Below are positions 46,084 to 56,315 of a DNA stretch of 64,000 nucleotides, piece after piece (positions within the stretch are counted from its first letter, which is position 1; every line of letters begins with the position of its first letter). The stretch is from Planctomycetota bacterium. Lineage in GTDB: Bacteria; Planctomycetota; MHYJ01; WSZJ01. The notes under the pieces are model-generated. The model ran no database searches. It saw only the letters and a program-made list of their open reading frames with translations, and was not told the DNA's origin. The translations under genes and the position numbers were made by a program. The stretch spans positions 6,528 through 70,527 of the forward strand of contig JACPRD010000130.1 in NCBI GenBank assembly GCA_016190145.1, in the 5' to 3' direction.

Positions 46084-47601
46084 CTACGCGGAAGCCTTCT
46101 CCAGCGCCTTCGCCGCAGGAACCGGCACCGCCTTCTTCCCCGCCCCGAACGCCTGCGCGAACGAGAGGCCTGACACGTAGAAGAAGCCGATCGGGAAGAG
46201 CGCGAGGAACGGCAGCGCCCCGTACATTTCGAACTGGTACGCGAAGCCGCAGACGAAGGTGAAGTACACGCCGAACAGCAGCTCGATGACCGCGAGGACG
46301 TTCGAGCGGCCGCGGTACTTCATGCCCTTGAGCGATCCCTTGTTCCCGATGCCGTGCTTCGGCGTCCGCACGAAGCCGGTCCGGTGTCCGACGAGCGCCT
46401 CGAGCACGGCCTTGGCGTTGTTCAGGCACATCCCGACGCCCACCGCCAGCATCAGCGGGAACATCAGGAACCGGCGCATCCAGCCCTTCCCCAGCTGCTG
46501 CTCCGTGTACCCGTAGAACACGAACACGGAGAGAAACGCCGCGATGAAGACCGCGGAGTCGAGGTAGCGGAGAGTGCCGTACCAGCCCATGTCGTGCCGG
46601 ACCATCATCGAGGGCAGGATCAGGAGGCAGAGGAGCACCATGCCGAGGAACGACACGTAGTTCCCCAGGTGCTGCGTCGCCTCTAGCTTGACTTTGAGCG
46701 GCGCTTTCGATCCCCAGATCGTCGGGAGCAGCTTGAAGGCCGTCTGCACGCCGCCCTTGGCCCAGCGGTGCTGCTGCGTTTTGAACGCGTTGATGTCGCC
46801 CGGCAGCTCCGAAGGCGAAGCGAGGTCCACGAGGTACACGAACCTCCAGCCCTTGAGCTGCGAGCGGTACGACAGGTCGAGGTCCTCCGTCAGCGTGTCG
46901 TGCTCCCAGCCGCCGCCGTCCTCGATCGCCTTGCGGCGCCAGATGCCGGCGGTGCCGTTGAAATTGAAGAAGCGGCCGCTGCGGTTCCGGGCGGTGTGCT
47001 CGAGGACGAAATGCGCGTCGAGCATGATCGCCTGGATTCTCGTGAGCCAGGACCAGTCGCGGTTGATGTGCTCCCAGCGGGCCTGCACCATGCCGATGCC
47101 GGGGTCGGTGAAGAAATGGACCGTGCGATTGAGGAACTCCTTCGCGGGAAGGAAGTCCGCGTCGAAGACCGCGACGTAGTCCGCCGTCGCTTTCCGGAGT
47201 CCGTTCTCCAGCGCTCCTGCCTTGTAACCCGTGCGGTCGGTCCGGTGGATGAAATGGATGTCGAACCCCTGGGCCCGCTTCTCGGCGACCTTGCGCCGCG
47301 AGATCTCCACCGTTTCGTCCGTCGAGTCGTCGAGCACCTGGATCTCGAGCTTCTCGCGCGGATAATCCAGCTGGCAGACCGCGTCGATCAGCCGCTCGGT
47401 GACGTACATCTCGTTGTAGATGGGCAACTGGACGGTCACCCGCGGCAGATCTTCGAAGCGCGCCCTGGGCTTGGGCGCATCGTTCCGGTGGCGCCAGTAC
47501 AGCAGCACCATCAGGTACCGGTGCGCGCCGCAGAGGGCCAGCACGCCCAGGACCGAGAAGTAAAGCGCGACGACCACGATGTCGATAATGCCGACGCTCA
47601 T
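46084..47601 (-). CDS. family 2 glycosyltransferase, processive membrane-embedded (CslA/cellulose-synthase-like)
   Basis: ORF 46084..47793 trimmed to ATG 47601 (MSVGIIDIVVV...). Motifs QLPIYNE, VLDDSTD, FDADF, TEDLDLS, QQHRWAKG. C-terminal TM helices. Confidence 0.8.
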   Translation of the reverse strand: MSVGIIDIVVVALYFSVLGVLALCGAHRYLMVLLYWRHRNDAPKPRARFEDLPRVTVQLPIYNEMYVTERLIDAVCQLDYPREKLEIQVLDDSTDETVEISRRKVAEKRAQGFDIHFIHRTDRTGYKAGALENGLRKATADYVAVFDADFLPAKEFLNRTVHFFTDPGIGMVQARWEHINRDWSWLTRIQAIMLDAHFVLEHTARNRSGRFFNFNGTAGIWRRKAIEDGGGWEHDTLTEDLDLSYRSQLKGWRFVYLVDLASPSELPGDINAFKTQQHRWAKGGVQTAFKLLPTIWGSKAPLKVKLEATQHLGNYVSFLGMVLLCLLILPSMMVRHDMGWYGTLRYLDSAVFIAAFLSVFVFYGYTEQQLGKGWMRRFLMFPLMLAVGVGMCLNNAKAVLEALVGHRTGFVRTPKHGIGNKGSLKGMKYRGRSNVLAVIELLFGVYFTFVCGFAYQFEMYGALPFLALFPIGFFYVSGLSFAQAFGAGKKAVPVPAAKALEKASA

Positions 47602-47726
47602 GCGTCCCCTGATTAACCCCGTTGAAGGAGCGACGATTATAGGAGCGGAAGGGCCGCCTTCAAGAGGTAAAGATGAACCGGGGCCTTTGCGGCCGGAGCG
47701 TGCGACAATCCGCAAGTCCCGCCTCC

Positions 47727-49328
47727 ATGCCTGTTTCCGAGGAGAACCGTCTGGCGAACCCGCGCGGCCCGACCCTGGCCTGCCTGCTGGCACTCCTGGC
47801 GGCGGCCGGAATCCTCTTCTGGCGCTCCCCGTTCCAGGCCTCCCACCTCGGCATCACGCCGGACTCCGTCGAGTACGCGACCGCCGGCTACCGACTGGCT
47901 CACGGGCAGGGTTGCGGACTCGAGATTGAAGGGAAGGGGCTTCCATCGCGCTATCCGCCCTGGTTTTCGGTGTTCGCGGCCGCGCCGGCGTACCGGCTGC
48001 TGGGCGACGAGCCGGGGAACCCGGTGGTCTCCGTGCTCCTCCTCTCCCTGCTCGGCGTCGCCGCCGCCTGGGGGGTCGGCCTGCGCGCTGCCGGAATGCC
48101 CGGAGCGGTCGTCAGCGCGGGCATGGTCATGGCGCTTCCTCTTTATCGCCTTTACGCCGGCGAGATCATGACCGATGCGCCGGGCGCCGCGCTCATGCTG
48201 GCCTGCCTGTTCCTGTACCTGCGGGCGCGCGCGCAGCCCGGCGACCGGACGGGCTGGGAGTGGCCCGCTGCAGGACTCGCCCTCGCCCTGGCCACGGCTT
48301 TCCGCGCGCCGCTCGCCGCGCTCGCCGTACCTTTCGCCATTTTCGGTCTTCGCAGTCCGGGGGCGGCGCGCTGGAAGCGGCTCTCGTGCCTCGCGATCCC
48401 GCTCGCCGCGCTTTTCGTCGCGAACGCGTTTTACAACCGGGCGGTCTTCGGTTCCGCGTCGCGGACCGGCTACAACTTCTGGTGCGGCGTCCCGTTCGAC
48501 TACCCGCATCTCGCGTTCTCCGCCGCGTTCGTGCCCGCGAACCTCCGCGCGGCGCAGGCCGCGTGGCTGCTGTTTCCGGGGCTCGTCGCCGTCGCAGCCC
48601 TCGTCTTCCTCGTTCGCCGCGAGCGCGCGGCGGCGCCGGATCGCGAGCGCCCTCTCGCCGGAATCGGCGCGTTCGGCCTGCTCAGCCTCCTGCCGCTCTT
48701 CGCCCTCCACCTCTTTTACTTCTTTCCGGATCCGCGGCTCTTTCTACCCATCCAGGTCTGGGTCGCCGTCGCCGCGGCCGCCTGCCTTTCCGTCCCCCTG
48801 CGGATTGTCCGCCCCTCCGCCGCGGTGGCCGCCGCGGCCGCCGTCCTCCTCGCCGCCGGCCTCTTCCGCATGCACGAATCCCGCGAAGTCCCCTGGCGCC
48901 GCCTGGGCGCCGACCGGATCCGGCTCCGCACGCCGGCGGACGCCGTGGTGCTTTCGGGGCTGGACCCCGTCTATCTGAATCTTGTCCTGGGTCCCGACAA
49001 TCGTCGCCGGGTCGTGCCACTCTCGCGCGAAGTGGAATTCGCCTCGAAGGTGATCACGCCCATGAAAGTCGTGGCGCCGGATCCGTACCCCGTGAGCGCC
49101 TGGGATCACCGGTGCCGTGGCCTGCTGGCCGGAGGGGCGCAGGAGGCGGTGGCCGTGGTCGTGGCGGAGCAATCCGACCTGGTCCGGCGCTGGCTAAAGG
49201 AGGGCAAGGCCGTCTACCTGGACCTGACGTCCCTGCAACCCGCCGACCGCGAAGTCATCCACCGACTCGAGACCGAATTCACCCTCCAGGAAGTCGAGCC
49301 CGGCCTCCACCTCATCCGCCCCCGCTGA
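47727..49328 (+). CDS. ArnT/PMT_2-like membrane glycosyltransferase (GT-C fold)
   Basis: ORF 47673..49328; likely start ATG 47727. Many TM helices with an N-terminal ...DSVEYATAGYRLAHG... loop. Divergent from the GT2 gene. Confidence 0.55.
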   Translation: MPVSEENRLANPRGPTLACLLALLAAAGILFWRSPFQASHLGITPDSVEYATAGYRLAHGQGCGLEIEGKGLPSRYPPWFSVFAAAPAYRLLGDEPGNPVVSVLLLSLLGVAAAWGVGLRAAGMPGAVVSAGMVMALPLYRLYAGEIMTDAPGAALMLACLFLYLRARAQPGDRTGWEWPAAGLALALATAFRAPLAALAVPFAIFGLRSPGAARWKRLSCLAIPLAALFVANAFYNRAVFGSASRTGYNFWCGVPFDYPHLAFSAAFVPANLRAAQAAWLLFPGLVAVAALVFLVRRERAAAPDRERPLAGIGAFGLLSLLPLFALHLFYFFPDPRLFLPIQVWVAVAAAACLSVPLRIVRPSAAVAAAAAVLLAAGLFRMHESREVPWRRLGADRIRLRTPADAVVLSGLDPVYLNLVLGPDNRRRVVPLSREVEFASKVITPMKVVAPDPYPVSAWDHRCRGLLAGGAQEAVAVVVAEQSDLVRRWLKEGKAVYLDLTSLQPADREVIHRLETEFTLQEVEPGLHLIRPR

Positions 49329-49376
49329 TCCGAAGGCCCCCGCTGGCGATCGCTTATGGCTTATGGCTCCCCTCCC

Positions 49377-50885
49377 CTATCCGTCCACCTTCCGATTATC
49401 TATCTGCGCCCTTTGCAGTTTCCCGCTGTAGTCCACGTACACGGTCCGCGTCTCGCTGTAGATGTCGTACGCCGTCCAGCCGCCTTCGCGGTGGCCGTTT
49501 CCCGTGTCTTTCATCCCGCCGAACGGGAGGTGGTTCTCCGCGCCGATCGTCGAGCTGTTCACGTAGAGGATGCCGGTCTCGACGTCGCGCATCGCGCGGA
49601 AGGCGCGGTTCACGTCGCGGGTATAGATGGAAGCGGAGAGGCCGTAGCGCGAGTTGTTGAGTGCGTCGATCGCCTCGTCAAAGGACCTGACCGTGATGAC
49701 GGAGAGAACCGGCCCGAAGATCTCCTCCTGCGCGAGCACGTCGCCGGCCTTCACGTTGTCGAAGATCGTCGGCTCGTAATACCAGCCCTTCTTCAGCACC
49801 CCGTTCGTCGCAGGCTTCCCTCCGCAGAGAAGCTTCGCCCCCGACGCGAGACCCTTCTCCACCCAGCCGTGCACTTCCTTCACGCGCCCCGCGTTCACGA
49901 GCGGCCCGACCTTGACCGTTTCGTCGAGCCCGGGCCCGAGCTTGAGCTTCTTCACGCGATCCAGCATCCGCGACAGGTACTCCGCTTTCACTTTCTCGTG
50001 CACGATGATCCGGCTCGTCGCGGTGCACCGCTGCCCTGTGGTCCCGAACGCGCCCCAGATCGAGCCGTCCACCGCGAGATCGAGGTCCGCGTCGTCCATC
50101 ACGATCGAACCGTTCTTGCCGCCGAGCTCGAGCGAGCAGCGCTTCAGGTTCTTCCCGCACGACTCCGCGATCGCCCTTCCCACCTCGCTCGACCCGGTGA
50201 ACGAAATCAGCGCGACGCCGGGATGGTTCACGATTCCCATGCCGACCTCGCCGCCGCCGCCGTGCACGAGATTCACCACCCCGCCCGGCACCCCCGCCTC
50301 TTCCAGGATCTTCACCATCTCCGTCGCCACGATCGGCGTGTCGCTGGCCGGCTTGAACACCACGGTGTTGCCGCACGTGAGCGCGGGGAACAGTTTCCAG
50401 CTCGGGATCGCGGTCGGGAAGTTCCACGGGCTGATGAGCCCGCACACGCCCAGGGGCGCGCGCACCGTCATCGCGAACTTGTCCGGCAGCTCCGAGGGCA
50501 CCGTCTCGCCCATGAGCCGCGTGCCCGCGCCGAGCGCGTACACCGCCGTGTCGATCGACTCCTGCACGTCCCCGCGCCCCTCCTCCAGCACCTTGCCCAT
50601 CTCGCGCGTCAGGAGCTTCGACATCTCCTCCTTCCGTTCCCGCAGGATCGCCGCAGCCCGCCCCATGATCTCCCCGCGCTTCGGCGCCGGCACCAGCCGC
50701 CACGATTTGAACGCCTTCTGCGCCGCCTTCACCGCCGCGTCCACGTCCCCCGCGTCGCTCCTGGGGACTTCGCCCAGGACGTCGCCGTCGTCCGCCGGAT
50801 TGCGGTCCTCGGACCACTTGCCGGTCCGCGATTCGACCCATTTTCCGGCGATGAAGTTGAGGTAGCGGGAAGTCGTTTTCGGCAT
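49377..50885 (-). CDS. NAD(P)-dependent aldehyde dehydrogenase
   Basis: ORF 49377..51389 trimmed to ATG 50885. Motifs ISPWNFP, FTGSSEVG, LELGGKN, catalytic Cys in GQRCTA, EEIFGPV. Confidence 0.85.
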   Translation of the reverse strand: MPKTTSRYLNFIAGKWVESRTGKWSEDRNPADDGDVLGEVPRSDAGDVDAAVKAAQKAFKSWRLVPAPKRGEIMGRAAAILRERKEEMSKLLTREMGKVLEEGRGDVQESIDTAVYALGAGTRLMGETVPSELPDKFAMTVRAPLGVCGLISPWNFPTAIPSWKLFPALTCGNTVVFKPASDTPIVATEMVKILEEAGVPGGVVNLVHGGGGEVGMGIVNHPGVALISFTGSSEVGRAIAESCGKNLKRCSLELGGKNGSIVMDDADLDLAVDGSIWGAFGTTGQRCTATSRIIVHEKVKAEYLSRMLDRVKKLKLGPGLDETVKVGPLVNAGRVKEVHGWVEKGLASGAKLLCGGKPATNGVLKKGWYYEPTIFDNVKAGDVLAQEEIFGPVLSVITVRSFDEAIDALNNSRYGLSASIYTRDVNRAFRAMRDVETGILYVNSSTIGAENHLPFGGMKDTGNGHREGGWTAYDIYSETRTVYVDYSGKLQRAQIDNRKVDG

Positions 50886-51035
50886 CGGGGGACTCCTTGA
50901 GGGAAAGCGGGCGTTCGGGGGCGCCATCGTGCCGGGCTTGCGAAGATGTGTCAATGCGTCCGGACGGCTGCGGATTATTTCTGCGGACTTTTCGCGGCTC
51001 CGCCGTCGTATAGGCATCAACCCGGGAGGAACGAG

Positions 51036-54000
51036 ATGACGGAATATGAACGCCTGGTTCGGGACCATCACGGGCTCGTGTACCGGCTCGCGCTGGGTGT
51101 CCTGAGGGACGGTCCGGCGGCCGAGGACGTCGCCCAGGAGGTCTTCCTGGACATCCTGCGGCGGCCCGCGGCGTGGAAGGACGTCCGGGATCCGAAGGCT
51201 TTCCTCGGGCGCGCGGCGATCAACCGCGCGATTCAGGCGATCCGGGAGCGGAGCCGCCGGGCGCGCCGCGAGCGGGAGGCCGGGGAGAGGAGGGCGGAGA
51301 TGGCAAACTCGGAGAGTCCTTTCCGCAGCGAGGTGCGCACGCAGGTGGCGGGCCTCCCCGCGGAGGAGCGGATGGTCGTCGAGCTGCACTTCATGGAAGG
51401 ATTCACTCTTCGCGAGACGGCCGCAACACTCGAAATCTCGGAGCGGACCGTGTCAACCCGGGTCGCGGACGCGCTCGCCCGGCTGCGGCGGCTGCTGGCG
51501 GCGGGGGCTTTCGCGGGAATGCTGGCGATGCTGGAGTCGGAGCTCGCGAACTGCGCCGCAGCGCCGCCGGCCGGGCTTTCGGAAAGGCTGCGGAAGCTGG
51601 AGTCGGGGGCGGGGCGGAGCCGCGCGCACCGCATCACGCGGGTCGCCGGTGTCGCGGTGGCCGTGTCGGTGATGGTCGCGCTGGTCTCGTGGCTGGCGAT
51701 GCGCGGAGGGACCGGCCGCGGCGGCGAAGGCCCGGCGATTTCGGACCTTGGAGGCGAAGCGGATCGGGACGCCGCCGCGCGCGCGGTGGTCGCGGGCGGT
51801 CCGGGCGCGGCGGAGCCGGGAAGCGGCGGGACCGGGGATCCGAGGGAGAGTGCGCCGGGCGTGGCCGTCCGCGTCCAGGTCGTCGACGCGGAAGGACGGC
51901 CGCTTCCAGGACGCGAAGTCGACGTGTGGCGTGACGGCGGGGCCGGCGCGAGTGGGGTGCTGGGGCGGTCGAAGACGGACGCGGCCGGCCTCTGCGAGGT
52001 GGAGGAGATTCCGCCGCTGACGCAGATCTCGGTGGAGGTGAGTCTGGGCGCCGGGACGGTTCGTGACGGCGCCCGGCGTGTGGCCACGCCGGAGAGCGGC
52101 CGGATCGAGGTTCGTATCCAGTTGCGCGTGCGCCGGATCAGGGGGCATGTGGCGGACATTCGGACGGGGGCGCCGATTCCAGGGGCCGAGGTCTGGATGG
52201 GCCTCCAGGGCGGGGGGCTGGAATTCGTGCGGGAGTCCTCGCGGGTCCTGACCGATGCGGAGGGCCGGTACGGAATCGAGACGGCGATGGACGAGAATAG
52301 CTGGTTCAAACTGTTCGCGCGGGCCGAGGGATACGCGACAAGGCCGGATAATCTCATGCACTTTCACTCGGGAGCAGACGAGGAGATCGTGGACCTCATG
52401 CTCGCGCGCGGCGCGGCGGCTCGGGGACGGATCGTCGACGGTTCGGGAACGCCGATCGCGGGGGCGCGACTGCTGTGCCAGAGAACGCCGGGCTGCCACG
52501 AGATCCCGGCGCACGTCGCGGAATCGGAGCAGGATGGAGGATTCGTGCTCGAGGGGCTGGCGGCCGGGCAGGACCACGTCGTTCACGTCCGGGGCCGAGG
52601 ATTCGCGGGCGTCTCAATTCACTTCAAGTCGCCGGAAGAGGGCGGTGACGTGGCTGACCTGGGGGATCTGGCCGTCGGGGCCGCCGGCTGGGTCGGAGGG
52701 AGGGTGCTCACGGCGTCCGGCGAGCCGATGCCGGGCATCGCGGTGACTCTCGGGGGATTTCCGCAGATCCTGTCGCGCGCGGACAAGTCCATTTCAGGCG
52801 AGGTGAGCGGAAGCGCGCGGACCCGCGACTCCGGATCGACGGACGCCTCCGGGCGGTTCAGGTTTGAAGATCTCCCGCCCGGGACCTACGTGCTGATGAC
52901 TGCCCAGCCGGGATTGCCGGCGTACCGATCCGAGTTGAGTCTGCCGCCCGGGGGACACCAGGATGGAATTGAGATCCGCATGCCTGCCGGCCGATTCGTC
53001 ACCGTCCATGTCCTCGACGACCATGGGCGCCCGCTGCCGGGAATCGTCGTCTCCTGTTCGCGGCCCTGGCTCGAGGCGCGCACGGATGTTCTCGGCGACG
53101 CCCGATTCCTGGTCTCAGGCTCCGAAGCCGAATTCGACCTCGGCCGGATCGAAATCGTCAGCGTTCTCGACGGTCGCGGGCCGGACCAGGTCCCGATGTT
53201 CACTCCTCCCGCGCAGCGGCTCCCGGCCGGCGCCCGCGAGCTCACGTTCGTCTTCCGTCGCGCCGGGATGACGGAAGGATTCGCTCTGGACCCCGACGGC
53301 AATCCCCTCGCGTTCGCGGAGCTGGACGTCTTCGCGGGAGGCCGCCGGCTCCGGACGCTCCTGACCGACGAAGCCGGCAGATTCCAGGTCCTCTCCACCG
53401 CCGGCGAAGCGGTGGACTTCATCCTCGCCGGACGGGTCGAAGGCCCCGCCAACGGGTTCCGTCTGGTCGACGGAGAAGTCCGGGGCGTCGCGTGCGGAAC
53501 CGAGAGAGTCCGCCTGCAGGCCCGCTGGGCGGCCACTCGGACGCTGCGGGTCCGGGTCCGGGACGGCAACGGCAGTGCCATCGCCGGCGCACGGGTCCAC
53601 CCCGTCCTCCCGGGCGAAAACGAGTCCGGAATGCGCCACTACGCCGTCTGGACCCGCGAATACCCGTTCATCCGGGGCCTCTCCCGCAATTCCTGGAAGT
53701 CGGCCGAAGGCACCGGTACTCTGACCGACGATGAAGGGCTGGCCGTTCTCCACGATCTCCCGGATCGTGACCTGGCGATCCACGCCGTCCTCGCGGACGC
53801 CTCATGGCTGCCGGCATCGCTGGCGGGCGTCCGGCCGGCCGGACAGGAAGTCGAACTCCGGATGAGGCCGGGGCTGGTCGTCTCCGGACAGGTCGTGAGC
53901 GGCGACGGAGCGCCACTCGAAGATCCCTGGGTGTCCGCCTGGGCCGGACAATCCAAGGTCGCCGGCGTCCGCTGCGACAAGGACGGCTTCTTCCGATTCC

Positions 54001-54146
54001 TCGTCGACCCGGCAATCGGCACGCCCCTGGCGGTTTTCGGCGAGGACTTCCGAAAGGGGGGCCGACCGGTCCAGGCGTGCCTGGAAAACGTCGAGGCCCC
54101 CGCGGGCAATCTCAGGATCGTCGTGCAGGAACTGCCCGGGAAGTAG
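51036..54146 (+). CDS. ECF sigma-70 factor fused to a TM segment and extracytoplasmic carboxypeptidase-regulatory-like (CarboxypepD_reg) repeats
   Basis: ORF 50946..54146 trimmed to ATG 51036. Sigma region 2 (VAQEVFLDILRR) and region 4 (FTLRETAATLEISERTVSTRV). TM helix VAGVAVAVSVMVALVSWLAM. More than 8 repeats of the type GRVVD..G.P..GA.V.....TD..G.F. Confidence 0.7.
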   Translation: MTEYERLVRDHHGLVYRLALGVLRDGPAAEDVAQEVFLDILRRPAAWKDVRDPKAFLGRAAINRAIQAIRERSRRARREREAGERRAEMANSESPFRSEVRTQVAGLPAEERMVVELHFMEGFTLRETAATLEISERTVSTRVADALARLRRLLAAGAFAGMLAMLESELANCAAAPPAGLSERLRKLESGAGRSRAHRITRVAGVAVAVSVMVALVSWLAMRGGTGRGGEGPAISDLGGEADRDAAARAVVAGGPGAAEPGSGGTGDPRESAPGVAVRVQVVDAEGRPLPGREVDVWRDGGAGASGVLGRSKTDAAGLCEVEEIPPLTQISVEVSLGAGTVRDGARRVATPESGRIEVRIQLRVRRIRGHVADIRTGAPIPGAEVWMGLQGGGLEFVRESSRVLTDAEGRYGIETAMDENSWFKLFARAEGYATRPDNLMHFHSGADEEIVDLMLARGAAARGRIVDGSGTPIAGARLLCQRTPGCHEIPAHVAESEQDGGFVLEGLAAGQDHVVHVRGRGFAGVSIHFKSPEEGGDVADLGDLAVGAAGWVGGRVLTASGEPMPGIAVTLGGFPQILSRADKSISGEVSGSARTRDSGSTDASGRFRFEDLPPGTYVLMTAQPGLPAYRSELSLPPGGHQDGIEIRMPAGRFVTVHVLDDHGRPLPGIVVSCSRPWLEARTDVLGDARFLVSGSEAEFDLGRIEIVSVLDGRGPDQVPMFTPPAQRLPAGARELTFVFRRAGMTEGFALDPDGNPLAFAELDVFAGGRRLRTLLTDEAGRFQVLSTAGEAVDFILAGRVEGPANGFRLVDGEVRGVACGTERVRLQARWAATRTLRVRVRDGNGSAIAGARVHPVLPGENESGMRHYAVWTREYPFIRGLSRNSWKSAEGTGTLTDDEGLAVLHDLPDRDLAIHAVLADASWLPASLAGVRPAGQEVELRMRPGLVVSGQVVSGDGAPLEDPWVSAWAGQSKVAGVRCDKDGFFRFLVDPAIGTPLAVFGEDFRKGGRPVQACLENVEAPAGNLRIVVQELPGK

Positions 54147-54173
54147 GCGGGAATTCCGGCCCGTCGCACGCGT

Positions 54174-56243
54174 ATGATGGGCCGCCTTCCGATGAAAACC
54201 GCGCTCATCTACCCGCCCACCTGCGACCCCACGGCGCCGTATCTGTCGGTGCCGGCGCTCGCCGCGTGGCTCCGGAAGCACGGGTTCGAGGTGCTCCCGG
54301 TGGACGCGAATCTCGAAGCGTGGGAGTGGCTGCTGCGCCCGGCGTCGCTGACCGCGCTCGCGAAGCGGATCGAGGAGCGGCTGGCGGTGCTCGAGAGGCA
54401 GCCGGCGCTGTCTCACGTCGAGCAGCTGGACTACGCGGCGCTCTGGGCGGCGCGCGGCGACGCCGCAGCGGCTCCGAGCGCCATCGAGGACGCGCTCGCG
54501 ACGCTTCGCGACCCGGAGCGGTTCTACGATCCGGACTCGTACGGCGCCGCAGTGGCGGTGGTGGAAGCGGCGCAGCGGGTCGTGAGCGCCGCGCACGCGC
54601 CGCTCGTCCTGGATTTCGTGTCTTACCGCACACCGTTTTCGCTGCTCAGCGCGGAGGAGATCGCGCGCGACGCCGCGCCCGGACGCGATCCCTTCCATGA
54701 GTACTTCGAGTCGCTGGCGAAGCGGCTTTGTGAAGCGGGGGTCGGCCTGGTAGGCGTCTCGGTGGCGTTCCCCGGGCAGATCCAACCGGCGTATTCGCTC
54801 GCGCACGTGCTGCGGGAGCGGCTGCCGGGGGTGCACGTGACGGTGGGCGGCCCGGCGCTGACGCAGATGCTGCTGCGGCTGACCGGCGATCGGCTGGAGC
54901 GGGCCATCGGGCCGTTTTCCAGCGCGGTCGTGTTCGAGGGTGAGGTCGCGCTGCTCGAGCTGGTGCGGGCGCTCGAACGCGGCGATGAACCGAGCCGCGA
55001 CGGCCGGCTCATCCGCGGCAGGATGACCGAGGACCTCGGAACGCTGCCGCCGCCGGACTTCGACGGCATGCCGCTCGACCGGTACCTCGCGCCGGCACTC
55101 GTGCTCCCCTACGACCCGACGCGCGGCTGCTACTGGGGAACCTGCACGTTCTGTCATTACGGGCTGGCGGAGGTCGGCACCGCGCGCTACCGGCAGCGGC
55201 CCGTCGCGACGGTGCTCGATCACCTGGCCGGGCTTTCCGCGAAACACGGCGCGAAATTCATCTACCTCTCGCAGGACGTGTTCCCGCCGAAGGTCGCCGG
55301 CGACATCGCCCGCGGGATCGCGGCGCGCGGGCTCGACCTCCAGTGGGGCACCGATATGCGCCCCGAACCCGCCCTCGACCCTGCGCTGTGCGACGTCCTC
55401 GTCCGCGGGGGCCTCCTCAACACGGCGCTCGGCGTCGAGTCCGCCGCTCCGCGCGTCCTGAAACTCATCGACAAGGGCATCGCCCCCGACGACGTCGCCC
55501 GCGTCGTCCGCAACCTCGCCGCTGCCGGCGCCGCCGTCGAGGCCATGTGCTTCACGGACTTCCCCACCGAGTCCTGCACCGAAGCCCTCGAGACCGTCCG
55601 CTTCTGCACCGACCTTCGTGACTCCCTCTCCCTCTTCATCGTCGGCCGCTTCGACCTCACCCACGGCTCCCTCGTCGCCCAGCGCCCCGGCGAGTTCGGG
55701 ATCAGGGAAGTCTGGCAGGTCGAAGGCGACGAACTCGGCACCGGCCTCTTCTTCGCTGAACGCCGCCGCGCGAAAAACGCGGCCCAGCAGGCGCGCGTCG
55801 ACCGCGCCGTTGCGAACCTCGCCTCCGGCTGGCGCCTCCGCCGCTACCCCTGGGCCGGCGCCCTCTCCACCGCACACACGATGCTCTGGTACGCGCGCCA
55901 CGGCGCCGACGTCTTCCGCACTCTCGGTCCCGCCGCAGCGCCCGGCGTCCCCCGCGCCCGCCCGCGCACGCGAAACGCCCGCTTCAATGTGGCACGCCTC
56001 GCCCGAACGAGCGCCGCCCGCGAAGCCGCGATCTGGGAGCGCCTCGTCCACACCGACCGGCGCGTCGGCCGCGAGGCCTATGTGGCGCTGTCGGAAGCGG
56101 CGCCGCGCGCGAAGCCGGCGCCCGGAATGTACCGGGTGGTTTCGGGAAGCGAGCCCGAGCCGGCCGCCGATTCGCAGACCGGCGCGCGACGAGCCCACTC
56201 CGGGCGCCGCCCTTCGCACGCCGCGAACGCGACGCGGCCTTGA
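54174..56243 (+). CDS. B12-binding-domain radical SAM protein (non-canonical CX4CX2C cluster motif)
   Basis: 689-aa ORF; alternative start ATG 54192. N-terminal Rossmann-like region (ALIYPP...) and the cluster motif RGCYWGTCTFCHYG. Confidence 0.65.
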   Translation: MMGRLPMKTALIYPPTCDPTAPYLSVPALAAWLRKHGFEVLPVDANLEAWEWLLRPASLTALAKRIEERLAVLERQPALSHVEQLDYAALWAARGDAAAAPSAIEDALATLRDPERFYDPDSYGAAVAVVEAAQRVVSAAHAPLVLDFVSYRTPFSLLSAEEIARDAAPGRDPFHEYFESLAKRLCEAGVGLVGVSVAFPGQIQPAYSLAHVLRERLPGVHVTVGGPALTQMLLRLTGDRLERAIGPFSSAVVFEGEVALLELVRALERGDEPSRDGRLIRGRMTEDLGTLPPPDFDGMPLDRYLAPALVLPYDPTRGCYWGTCTFCHYGLAEVGTARYRQRPVATVLDHLAGLSAKHGAKFIYLSQDVFPPKVAGDIARGIAARGLDLQWGTDMRPEPALDPALCDVLVRGGLLNTALGVESAAPRVLKLIDKGIAPDDVARVVRNLAAAGAAVEAMCFTDFPTESCTEALETVRFCTDLRDSLSLFIVGRFDLTHGSLVAQRPGEFGIREVWQVEGDELGTGLFFAERRRAKNAAQQARVDRAVANLASGWRLRRYPWAGALSTAHTMLWYARHGADVFRTLGPAAAPGVPRARPRTRNARFNVARLARTSAAREAAIWERLVHTDRRVGREAYVALSEAAPRAKPAPGMYRVVSGSEPEPAADSQTGARRAHSGRRPSHAANATRP

Positions 56244-56315
56244 TTCAGAGTTTGAAACGAATCGGTCCGGGGTGCTCCGTCGGCTGGCAATAAGGCGCCC
56301 GAAGTCGCCGCGGAC

